Of a stretch of 64,000 nucleotides of DNA, positions 39,150-50,460 are shown in pieces. The position numbers were made by a program, and so were the translations under genes. Within the stretch, counting starts at the first letter, position 1. Each line of letters begins with the position of its first letter. The stretch lies in assembly GCA_030265395.1 (NCBI GenBank), contig JARFYF010000002.1:34232868-34296867 (forward strand), given 5' to 3'. The DNA is from Rhina ancylostomus. Lineage: Eukaryota. Under the pieces are notes generated by a model. It had not been told where the DNA came from. It did not search any database and was given only the letters and a program-made list of their open reading frames with translations.

Positions 39150-40580
39150 TTTGAAGACTGATACTGAGGCCTCGACTGAATCTAATTCTCGTAGTGAGAC
39201 TGAGATTAAATTGGCTTCTAATGAACATAACAACACACGAAAATAGAGCTGGAGTGAGCCACCGAGCCCCTCAAACCTGCCTCACTATTTAATATGATTG
39301 TGGTTGATCTAAACTGGCCTCAACTCCTCTTCTGTGCCAGTTCCCTCAACCCGCAATTCCCGATCTTTCAAACATTTATCTGGATTGCTGAGTCATGGAT
39401 ATAGTGAATCCATATGAAACTTTTACAACTGACATCAATGAAGGCAAACACAATGTTGGTGGTGAGCCACAGAATATTTTCTAAACTATGAAGTACTTGG
39501 CCAGGCAAAATATAAAAGCAATTGGGAAAAAAAAATCACAACAAAGAACATAAAAAAACATACAAAGAAGAACAGTACAAAGAATGATGAGATTGAATAG
39601 AATTTCCAGTTATTCAGTTTCATTCTGATATACATGTCAGAACGTACACCCTAGACAGGGTCTGAGATGAAATCAGAGCTTAATGGTGAATCTAAATTAA
39701 GATGAAGCCTGAAAGTGAGAAGAAACAGGAGTCTGACCAACATTAAACTGGATCCAGATACTGAGTCTGAGTTAAAACTGGAATCTATGGGACTGAGAAT
39801 AAACCAAACCCTGACAGTGAGTGTGTTTGAATTAGATAGCAAGACAAAATTTAAACCAGAGAGTGATAGTGAAACTGAGATTAAGATAGAATCTGCTGGA
39901 GGGTCTGAGATTATAATAAATCCTAACAGTAAAACTCAGTTTAATCCAGAATGAGGGAGAAACTGCTATTAGTTCTAAATCTGATAGTGGGACTGAGATT
40001 AAACCAGATCCTGAGAGTGAGTCAAAGAGTTAAATAGGCTCCAGATAGAGGGTCTGTGATTAAATCAAAGCATGTTATGAATCTGAAAACTGTGAAGCTG
40101 AGATTAAAACAGAAGATATTGGTAAATTGGAGATTCATTTGGTACCTGACAACATGAATGAAATTAAACAGGTTCCTTATTCTGAGATTGAGATTAAACC
40201 ATAAATTTATCGTGGGACTGAGTTTGTACCAAAGCCCTTTGGTGAGGCTGAGATAAAGCTGTTGATGACTCAACTCAAAGCTCAGCCTGACTCTGAAACC
40301 AAGAGTAAAATTGTGATTAAACTGGTTCCTGATTATGGGACTAAGATAAATGTTTTACAGTGAGACTGAAATTAAACTGGATTCTGATAATGAGACCAAG
40401 ATTGAACAGGAGTCTTCAACTGAGATTGAAGATGACACTGAAATGAAAGAGGAGTTGGACAGTGAGACTAAGGTTAACATAGATCCTATTGTGAAGCTGA
40501 GGTTCAATTTAAGACTGATACTGAGACTTCAGCTGAAGCAGAGTCTCATAACAAGACTGAAATTAAAGTGCCTTCTAATG
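39150..40580 (+). repeat. Degenerate 30-bp tandem array, block 1 (CR1 tail inserted at about 39220-39400)
   Basis: Units approximate GATAGTGAGACTGAGATTAAACCAGAGCCT, e.g. gatagtgaaactgagattaagatagaatct|gctggagggtctgagattataataaatcct|aacagtaaaactcagtttaatccagaatga. Confidence 0.85.
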
Positions 40581-40869
40581 GAGAGAGGTTATAGAGAGTT
40601 GTAAATTTTGAACTCTCAATGAGTGGTCGTGGGAGATAGTTAGAGATCAGGTAATTGTTCTAAAACATCTGTTGCAGCATTCTGACCTTGCTGCATATAT
40701 GGATCGTGCATAGTGAGATAACTTCCTATGTGACTAACTTGTGAGCATTTCCAGACCAACTTACTGAACATATTAGATCTAATGTTAAACAGATATGCAA
40801 GACAGCAACATCTATGGAGACGGTAACAAAAAATACAAAGATCTTTCGACCAGTGGAGAATTTGCCACC

Positions 40870-41260
40870 CTGGCCATTCCCTTTTCTCTCTTCTACCTTC
40901 TGGGAGGAGATACAGGAGCTTGAAAGCCTAGATGACCAGACTCAAGAACAGCTTCCTCTGCACTGCCTTCAGACTTCTGAACCAATCACCTCTTTCACAT
41001 CCCCTTCCTGCTGGTTCTGTCACATTCTTGGACTCTTACTTCCAACTCTCTTGGTTATTCCGGTATTGTCACCTGAGCACTTCTTCTTGTACTACTTCAG
41101 ATTGCACTCGTATCTTTGTACCATTCTGATGTTTTGTGCTGTGCTGAATTTATTCTTTTATTTATTATGACCACGTATACTGTTTTCTCTGTGAGCCTTG
41201 CAGAAGCAAGGAATTTCATTGCACCCTGGTGTATATGACAATAAACTAATCTGAGTCCGA
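40870..41260 (+). mobile_element. Rex1-type LINE 3' end
   Basis: ctaccttctgggaggagatacaggagcttgaaa...agactcaagaacagcttc (LPSGRRYRSLK...RLKNSF), ending tttcattgcaccctggtgtatatgacaataaa. Confidence 0.75.
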
Positions 41261-41414
41261 CCATTGCAGGAGCAATAGCAGGAGCTATAGCAGGAGCTCT
41301 AACATTAGTCTGGGTTATGTAAATGTGTGCGGCGTGAAAAGTTGTCTGGTGGGAAGCACAACTACTGTTTCAATGGAAACCATTAAACCCAAGCCCATTA
41401 GATCAATTCAGAAC

Positions 41415-41930
41415 TGGAATCAGAATCAGAATCAGGTTTATTAACACTGACATGTGTCATGAAAGTTGTTTTGCAGCAGCAGTACAGTGCAAGACATCAA
41501 AATTACTAGAANNNNNNNNNNNNNNNNNNNNNNNNNNNNNNNNNNNNNNNNNNNNNNNNNNNNNNNNNNNNNNNNNNNNNNNNNNNNNNNNNNNNNNNNN
41601 NNNNNNNNNNNACAGGCCCTTCAGCCCAACTCGTCCATGCCGGCTAAGGTGACAAACTAAGCTGGTCCCATTTGCCTATGTTTGGCCCGTATGCCTCTAA
41701 GCCATTCCTATCCATGTATTTATCCAAATATCTTAAAGCCTAAATGTCCAAATGCCAGCCCATGTTCCCAGACAAACCCCATTTCCTTTGATTTGTCAGT
41801 ATCCAAAAAAAAGTGCCACCCTTGAATATACCCAATGACAGAGTACCCACAAACTTCTGGAGTAATTTCCAAAGGTTCATAAACCTTTGTGTGAAGAATT
41901 TTCTCCTTGTTACAGTACCAAATGGTAAGA
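41415..41930 (-). mobile_element. Rex1-type tail (41415-41510) and CR1 3' fragment (41612-41930), separated by a gap
   Basis: (TCAGAA)n tail; translation RRKFFTQRFMNLW is CR1-like. Confidence 0.7.
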
Positions 41931-42219
41931 CTAACACTGTGGGTGAAAGTCTGTGTCCCACGCTGTGTTCCTACCTTCAGCCTTCTTGACTTCTCCTCTG
42001 GACATATCACTGTTGGCAGTGTGAAATGATAAATACTCTCATTAACAAAAGTGACAGAATGGCATGTAAATGATGGTTGGATTTATGAGTGGAGATATCT
42101 ATCTTAACACAATGTTGCCTGCAGCATAGTCGATGCATATCAGCAAAAATAAAAAGTAACGTTTTTGCAGACTCAGTAGATCTGCAGTAGATTTGGCATG
42201 TTGAATGTGTCAGCATGGT

Positions 42220-42720
42220 TTAGACTTACAGTCTTGCCTCTGAATCAATAGGCTGTGTCAAATTCCACCATAGAGACCTTAGTACTTCATCTAAGCTGAG
42301 ACCCTTCTAACAGCTCTGAAGAAGTTCTGAATCAACAAAGCTGCAGTCTTTTAGATGAGCATGGTTGGCACAGTAACATAGTGGTTAGCATGACGCTATT
42401 ACAGCGCCAGCAATCGGGGTTCAATTCCCGCCGCTGTCTGTAAGGAGTTTGTACGTTCTCCCCGTGTCTGCATGGGTTTCCTCCAGGTGCTCCGGTTTCC
42501 CCTCACGTTCCAAAGACGTACGGGTTAGTCGGTTAACATGGGTGTAATTGGGTGGCAAGGGCTCATTGGGCCAGAAGGGCCTGTTACCGTGCTGTATAAA
42601 TAAAGTTTTTAAAAGTTTAGAGACACTAGACTGATGCCCTGCCTTGCTTCTCAGGTGCAATTGAGAGCAACATAGTATTATTCAAAAATGAGACATAAAG
42701 ATCTCAGAGTCAATGTACTC
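42220..42720 (+). mobile_element. Old Deu-domain SINE split by a V-SINE insertion
   Basis: tcttgcctctgaatca...gtcttttagatgag, then the insert, then gccttgcttctcaggtg...tattattcaaaa continues the DeuSINE consensus. Confidence 0.55.
42362..42615 (+). mobile_element. V-SINE (HE1-like) with a CR1-like tail
   Basis: A box TAACATAGTGG 42374-42384, B box GGTTCAATTCC 42418-42428, V-domain ggagtttgtacgttctccccgtgtctgcatgggtttcctccaggtgctccggtttcc, tail gggccagaagggcctgttaccgtgctgtat. Confidence 0.9.
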
Positions 42721-43334
42721 CACATCTGCACCCTTAGTAACCAACTGCTACCACCAGTCAGGAACTGAGGAACTGCACCACCTTTGACCTTGGTGGAAAT
42801 AAAATGGAATTAAATGTAAATTATTGCACAAAGCCAAAACTAACCCTACAGTGTGGGAAGAGGTAAACATTGTACTCCCAACACTCCCCTGGGAAGTGAT
42901 TTGATTCTCTGGGTGTTTGAGAACTATTTGAAATCCACCTATCTCTTCTAACGCAGGAAAATTTATCTTTTTTGGGCTTCCACTGCAAGAGAGATCTTTA
43001 ATTGGTCCTAGTGACCCCTGCCCAAAATGTTTTTGGCTGCTCGTGTGTTAAATGTAACATTTGTATTCAGCGTCACTTTTACTTCAGATTTTCAGCATTT
43101 GTAGGTTTTCCTTTAACCTCTGAATGTTCACTCAGATCTGCCCTCAACACTTTATCATTGCTTTGGGCTTTTCTTGTGTTACAGTCCTTCACAATGCAAG
43201 GAAACATTGGACAAATATGCTGGCAGAATCAATGATGGGAACAAAATACAATAAATATATTAAATTATTTAAAAATTAATGGCAAAGAAAATGACAGTGA
43301 AATAACAGAACAGGCGAATGTTCTTTACTGCCTA

Positions 43335-43680
43335 ATTCAAGTCAAGTTGATTAACGTCAAGTTTATTGTCATGTGCACAGGTACAGTGAGGTGCACATAC
43401 AATGAAAATCTTGCCTGCAGCAGAATCACAGGCACATAGGTACAGACAACGCACAGAATATAATTATGCATAAATTATACAAGGCAGTGAAGAGCGAGAG
43501 AAAAAGACTGTGCAAAAACAAGGCCTCAGCACAAAAAACAAAATCACAATCAGAGACAAGTCCATGGTGGTGCAAGAGGTGGTCTGTAGGGTTAGGGTTG
43601 TGCAGGTTGGTTCAAGAACCTGATGGTTGTAGGAAAGTAGCTGTTCCTGAACCTGCTGGTGTGGAACTTCACAGGCTGCC
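43335..43680 (-). mobile_element. Rex1-related LINE 3' end with (CTTGA)n tail
   Basis: caagtcaagtt...tttattgtcat...ttcaagaacctgatggttgtaggaaagtagctgttcctgaacc (reverse translation FRNSYFPTTIRFLN). Confidence 0.7.
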
Positions 43681-44003
43681 AGGGGAAGTATTCTTTAGTA
43701 GTCATTATCTTTCATTATTGAGCTGTAGGTGTCACAAGGAAGCATGTCATTTACCACCAGTGTCTCATTGCCTTAAAATAGTCAAAGTGAATGCTGGGTG
43801 AACAGAAGACTGGTAATGATCAACCACATTCGTTTTGGTTTGGAGTCACATATAGGCCCTGCCATGTAATAGTGAGCAATAGTGAAGTAATGGTGAACAA
43901 GTCAAGTCTCACAGCAATCTAACAGCTTTGTGGCTGTTTTTCACTGATAGCAGTTTAATATTAATGAATTTAAATTCTTAAACACCATTCTAGCATTATG
44001 AAC

Positions 44004-44500
44004 TCAGAATCAGAATCAGGTTTATCATCACTGACATATGTGGTGAAACTTGTTGTTTTGCAGCAGCAGAACCGTGTAAGACACAAAGACATAAAAATTA
44101 CTACAAGTTACAAAAATAAATAAATAGTGCAAAAGAGGAATAACGAGGTAGTGTTCATGGGTTCATGGACTGTTCAGAAATCTGATAGCGGAGGGGAAGA
44201 AGCTGTTCCTGAAACACTGAGTGTGAGTCTTCAGGCTCCTGTACCTCCTCCCTGATGGTAGTAATGTGAAGAGAGCATGTCTCGGATGGTGAGGGTCCCT
44301 AGTGATGGATGCTTCCTTCTTGAGGCACCGCCTTTTGAAGATGTCCTCAATGGCAGGGAGGGCTGTGCCCGTGGTGGAGCTGGCTGAGTCTGCAACCCTC
44401 TGCATCCTCTTTTGATGCTGCACATTGGAGCCTCCATACCAGGCAGCGATGCAGCAAGTCAGAATGCTCTCCACCGTAAGTCTTTGGTGACATACCAAAT
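44004..44500 (-). mobile_element. Rex1/Babar-type LINE, 5'-truncated
   Basis: Translation TVESILTCCIAAWYG...QRV...DPHHPRHALFTLLPSGRRYRSLKTHTQCFRNSFFPSAIRFLN is the typical Rex1 ORF C-terminus; (TTCTGA)n tail. Confidence 0.9.
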
Positions 44501-44599
44501 CAACACAATCAGAACAAGGTACTTTAATTGTAGAAAGCAGGAACATATAGTTTGCTAAGCAGAGTATAGTAAGCCAAATAAATGGCAGTCAAGCAGTAT

Positions 44600-46950
44600 C
44601 CTATTGGGAAGAAGACAAATATAGCAGAAAACCATGAAAGATTGCTTTATGCAGCATGGAACTGGATGAGCAAAGTATACATAACTAGTAATGGTGATGG
44701 GAAAATAAACCAGCAATTACAATATTAACAATGAATAACCAAGATATAGATATGAATATTGACAGCTGCTAACAATTTGATCAAGAAAAGGAATATGCAG
44801 GCCCCAGAGGTTTGGTAAGGTGCCATTAGCAAGAAGCATATGAAAGTTGAGGACATATTCTGGTGAGACCACATGAACATTAGGGTGAATGGATTTTGTT
44901 GTCCTCCATTAGGTATGAAAGCTGAACCTACTGATTATATGGAAAATTTTGTGAACAGATTCACTCTGCTAAGGAGATATTGGCTGAAGGAGTTGGGGAT
45001 GGATTTGAAAATGTATTTAGCATGAATCCTACATGGCCCTGTTCAAAGAGACAAATAATGTATGTTTAAGAATTCGTACACAGGTATTAAAGAGGACCAA
45101 ATTCACATCAATATTACTGTAAAACAAATGCTGAACCAATTTATTGTAATTGTAAACCCATAAAAATGTGTTAAAAATTCAGGCAGAAGAAGAACTAAAC
45201 AAATTAAAGTGACACATGATATTGGGGAAAATGTTATGGAGTGTAACACCCATCATGGTGGTACCTATGACAGATAAGATAAGACCATTTGGCTCTACAA
45301 AGATTGTAAATTGACAATTGAAAGATTTCTACTGAACTTTCCCATGGTGTTGAATCTACTCAATCAACTAGTAAAGAAGATTGAAGAATGGCTTTGGGCA
45401 AAACATCAGCAAAACATCAGCAAAACATCAGCATGAAAAGCAGTAAGTCCTATTTGATGCATTGCAACACCAAACCTGTGCCAAAATTTATTTGTGATGC
45501 TTTGAACTATGGAGTTGGTGCAGTAAAAATTGTGCCATGAGAAGCTTACTGCATATGGGTCACATGGACTATTCAAAGCTGAAAGAAAACAACCTCAGAT
45601 AGAGAAGCAGCTGTTGGTGATATATTGGAGATAAAAATTTTCACCATTTCTTGCCAGGATGACTACTTAGACAAATTATAGACCACAATTTTTGGCCATT
45701 CTGGTTGTGTTATCTGCTACTCCCATAACGGCAACATCAAAAGTGCCAGGGTAGGCCATCCTCCCATCTCAATATGACCATGACATTGTGTACATAGCAA
45801 CCGAAGTGTAGCAGGTGGCCTTTGAAATTACATTATGGAGAAACCACAACAAACATCGGAAATGACATTTACACTTCACAGTGGTACAAGGCAATCTCCC
45901 TGTCACCATGGTGGGAATAGCTAGGGCTCCCCAAAATAATATGACTTTTAGGAAGGTATATGAGCACACGTTAAGTGAACACTGGTCTGAATGGGACTGT
46001 AAAGTAATTTCGCTGTAGATGTTACAAATTGTCTATTAACCAATGTTGCATAAAACGAGGGGATAGAAGAATGATGCTGAAGGATTGACAAAGTCAGATT
46101 GCAGACAAAATCCATGCAGAATACCTGTGTGTAGAGAATATGAACATAATGGCTGGAGGATTTGTCTTTTGGCCCAGCATTGATAAAGATATAGAAAACC
46201 TTGACAGTAGATGTACCATATGTCAGAATTTTAGAAACAATCTCTCAAAGCACTGTTCCAGCTATGGAAGTGGCCTACAAGACCTTTCCAGCAAGACTAT
46301 ATTGATTATTGTAGACAAGGAGTGTGCAACTTTTTATAATTAATCAACAGCAATTTAAAGTGAAATTTAAAGTGAATGTTAAAATGTAAAGAAGTAAAGC
46401 AAAGCTTCATGACTCCTTACCTGTCAGCTTGGAATGGAGAAGTTGAAATTTCAGTTTGCATGTTAATTGAGGCATTGAGGAAACAGGTCATGGAGAGTCA
46501 ATCAAACATTGCTACTGAAACAACAGCTTGCAGTGTCTCTTCTAAGTTATAGCATATTGCCACATTTCAGAACATAATACACTGCTGCAGAAATGCTATT
46601 GTACCAATGACGTAGCATGCACTTGATTCTTCTTTAACCTGATTTGGAAGGAAAGATGGAGGAAAGCAGTTGAAATAAACCAAGCATCACATGACAAGCC
46701 ACTAGGAGAGGAGATTCAGTCTGCTTAATAGAGTCTGTATGCTGAGGCCTGGGAGATGAAAAGATTCTATCCCATCATCTGGTGGAAGAATATGATTCTA
46801 ATAATTATACTATAAATGGTTGGTTAGAGTTTGGTAAAGTTCATGTAGACTGCTTGATCATTGCTTGTGACACCTTGGAGAATAGCAAATTGTGAATCCC
46901 ACAATTCTTTAAGAAAGGCCAATGCATAATATTTCCTACAAAAGTCAAGA
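44600..46950 (+). mobile_element. Heavily decayed Gypsy/Ty3 LTR-retrotransposon internal region (pol pseudogene)
   Basis: RT motif remnant TPIMVVP...DCKLTI (about 45240-45320); RNase H remnants CDALNYGVGAV (about 45490-45525) and AY..HGLFKAERKQPQIEK (about 45550-45610); integrase zinc-finger FVFWPSIDKDIENLDSRCTICQ (46160-46225) and WKWPTRPFQQDYIDY. Domain order is RT-RH-INT. LTRs were not recognised. Confidence 0.8.
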
Positions 46951-47079
46951 TGAGACAACATCACTTACCCAGAGACAGCTGATGTTCTAATAAGACCTGA
47001 TAAACCTGCAATTTCAACACAAGAAGCTTTAGTATTGCAGCCAAGATCAGAGAGTGTGCAACTTGGCTGGTAGTCAATC

Positions 47080-48010
47080 TGACATTAAACTGATGTTGAG
47101 AATGGGATTAAATCACACACTAAGTGAGTCTGAGATTAAAGAAGAGATGGATANNNNNNNNNNNNNNNNNNNNNNNTAAAAAGGGAACAGCTATGAGACA
47201 ATGAATAAAACAGAATCTGATTGTATTAATCCAGACTCTGGAAGTGACAATAAAATTCTTCCAGAATGTGAGGCTCAGATTAAACTAGAAAATAATTTTG
47301 ATACTCAGATTTAAAAGGAGCTGAAAATGAGTCTGAAAACTGATAGTGAAAATAAGATTAAAGCAGAGCCATAGAGGGAAACTTAGTTAAACCAAAGACT
47401 AATAGTAAAACTGATTAAACAGGTGTCTGAAAATGATTAACAGGAGTCTAATACTGGGAATAAACAAGAGTCTGCTGGTGAATTTGAGAATAAACTAGAG
47501 GCTGATAGTAAAATTAACATTAATCTAGAGATCAATATTGACTTGGAGACAGATTGTGAGACTAAGATTTATGAGGAATTTGACTGTGAGATTTAAATTA
47601 ATCCACTGCTTGATAGTGAATCTGTGATGAAACCAGACACTGAGAGTGAGACTAAAGTTAAACCATAGCCTAGTCATGAGATGGAGAGTAAACTGAAACC
47701 TGATAGTGAGTCTGAAATTAAACCAGAGCCTCCAAGTGAGATTGAATTTGAAAATAATAGTGAGACTGAAGTCAATACACACTCTGATATTAAGGCTGAG
47801 ATCAAACCATGGTCTGAAATTGAAATTAAAACAGTGACTGATTTTGAGACTAAGATTACACTAGAGACTGACAATGAGACCGAGATTAGACCAGAGCCAG
47901 ATACAGACAAAAAGCTAAATTGGTCTGATAATGAGAATAAGATTCACTGGAGGCTGATAGGGATTCTGAGATTAGACCAGGGATTGAGATTAACCAAAAT
48001 GCTAATCTAA
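47080..48010 (+). repeat. Degenerate 30-bp tandem array, block 2
   Basis: Same unit as block 1. ORF 47681-48010 reads KPDSESEIKPEPPSEIEFENNSETEV...DNETEIRPEPDTD. Confidence 0.85.
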
Positions 48011-49364
48011 AGGGCATTGAAACCTGGGGTAGGTCAGCCATGATCACATTAAACGGCAGGCAGGCTTGAGGGGCCAGATGGTCTCTTATTTGCTTGAGTT
48101 CTTAAATTCTGACATTGTTCCAGAAATTTGATCCAGAAGGAATCAGAATGGCTGTGGTCTGGAGCAAGGTGAGTGTGCACCAGGGAATTAGAACCCCAGG
48201 TCAGAGTTGGAAGCTACATGGAGAGAGGAGAGCCTCTCATTATCTCCGTGCTGGTTGACATGCATGCTTCGTAAGATATGCAGAGCTTTGGTCCCATTCC
48301 CCGATTTAATTCAGACTACTCAGACGTTCATATGTTGGACTTCTAGTTGCTGTTAAACCCGGGTGTCTCAATGTGGACCAGGGAATTAAGCATTGCTGCC
48401 AATTGATCCTACTTTTTCTGGAACTAGCATTGGCAGGAACCAAGCCCTGTAGCAACTTGGCTCAGTCCTGCTGTAGTTGGGCTGCCCCCGCTCCGCACCA
48501 GCAGGACTGTTCCAGTTAGTGGGTTGTGGACAGGCCCGGCCCACACCGTTCCCGAGGTCAACATGGCCGTTCTGATCGGTCTACAACCCCTCGTTGCTCA
48601 GATGTTGATCTCCATTGGTTGCATCCTCGCTCCACTGTGTGGGAGTCTTGCCTTTCCAACAGATCTAGCAGCAGTCTTCAAGGCAGTGTTCACAGAGAGA
48701 CTTGTGACTTCAAGAAGCTATTGAAAGAGAACTCGCAACAGGAGTAGAACTCTGAAAGGGACAACTCAGAAGAGGAGAACTTTGAGGTCCAACATGTGCT
48801 GCCGGGGCTTCCAAGGCGAAAAACTTGAGGTCCAGAGAGCGCTGTCTGGCGCCAGATGAGGCTCTGCAGTCCAACACTGCCAACTGCAAATTGGGTGATT
48901 GTTCTAATATCTCCTTTTCACAATAATCCCCATTTGATGATGTAAGGCGGTTCTTTTCTACCCTTTTGAAACATCCCAGTAGGGTTATTACTCGTGCTCT
49001 CCCCATCCGTATCTCTGCTGCCGTCATTGCCGCGCTAAAATGCTTGGAAATGTTTCATTATTCCGTTGCTGTTACTCTCTCTCGCAACTGGAACCTTATT
49101 ATTCTACATTGAGAAACGAACCTCGATTCATCTTCGCTCCACCGTTAAGCGGAAACTTCTCTCCCCGTGGCTATCATTCTGCCATATTCTTGCCGACGCC
49201 TTCCTGAATCTGTCATCCAAATTAATTTATTTTGTTAATCAATAGGTTCTGTTCAATTTTAATGAATAAAGGTGGTTCATTGGGCTTCAGACAAAACCTG
49301 TGCTTTATCTCTCATTTCTCCATGCCTGTGTTACAGCCATCGGATACCACTGCCGCTGAAAGTA

Positions 49365-50460
49365 AGTGAGATTGAAATTACTGAAAGTAAACTGGATCCT
49401 GAGACTGGGATTAAACCAGAGATTTCAACAGAGACCAAGAATGAACCCAACCGGAATCTGACACCTGGCACTGAGAATGAAATGAGATTTAGACAAATGG
49501 CGAGACTGAATCTGAAATTAAACTGGAGACTGATAAGGACATTGAAATCGAGATTGAATTGGACTCTGATAGTGTGATTGAGGTTACATTGGTGTTGATG
49601 GTAAGATTGAGATTGAACTAGCGTCTGATTGCAAAACAGGAATTGAGATTAAAAAATATTTTAACTGTGAACATAAAAGTCGGATAGTGAGCCTGGGATT
49701 AAACCAGAGTCTGCCATTTTTTGCCTGATTATCAATCCATTAAACCGGAGTCGGATACTGAGATTGAAGTTGAAGCAATACATTGAGATCGCAATCTCCT
49801 GGTAGTGAGGCTGAGATTAAACCTGAATAACGCATAGAAATAGGCTTTTCATCCCACGTCGACCGCCGAGCATCCAGTTACATGAACCTTATACTAAACC
49901 CACTTTAGGCTCCCCACTTTCCCATCAACTTCCCCCAGATTGTCCCACAGTAGGGACAATTTACAGTGGGCAATTAGTTTACAAAACTTCACGTATTTGG
50001 AATGTAGGAGGAAATCAGAAACGTTAGACTGAGAGTGTAGCAGGGTTTGATAGTTAGACAGAGATTAAACCAGATCTTGAATGTGGGACGGAGTTTAAAC
50101 AAGAACCTAAGTGAGATTTAGATCAAAACGGAGCCTGAAATGGAGGCTGAGATGAAGATGGAGTTTGATGATGAGACTGAGGTCGACAATGAGACTGATA
50201 AAACTGGAAACATGTGGTGACATTCCAGACAAATCAGATTCATGGAGTGGAATTAAGATTACACGGTAGAACTAAATTAACCATGGAGATTAAATCAATT
50301 TGGTGCTGATAATGAAATTAAACTAGAGATTTAGAATGTGTATAATCCGTCACTTATTAGCAAACCTGGGAATGCCTACACTTGATACTGAGATTGAGAT
50401 TAATCCTGAATTCAAGGATGACTCTGTGATTAAAAAGAATGGAGTTACTAAAATTAAAGC
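49365..50460 (+). repeat. Degenerate 30-bp tandem array, block 3 (V-SINE-like remnant at about 49830-50025, minus)
   Basis: gagactgggattaaaccagag, gatagtgagcctgggattaaaccagagtct, ggtagtgaggctgagattaaacctgaa. Confidence 0.8.

Noticed and set aside
42362-42432. tRNA gene
   Set aside because: The A/B boxes belong to the tRNA-derived head of a V-SINE; there is no complete cloverleaf.
45398-45433. 3 x 11-bp GCAAAACATCA tandem (also 3 x 12-bp GCAGGAGCTATA-like at about 41267-41300)
   Set aside because: Ordinary slippage duplications in or next to dead TEs.
48124-48175. Possible small plus-strand exon (ttccag ... aag|gtgagt)
   Set aside because: Splice-like motifs alone are common by chance; there is no supporting ORF or partner exon.
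39150-50460. CRISPR-like array or intact repetitive protein gene
   Set aside because: Vertebrate DNA, contiguous degenerate units without unique spacers, no cas genes, and reading frames repeatedly broken.
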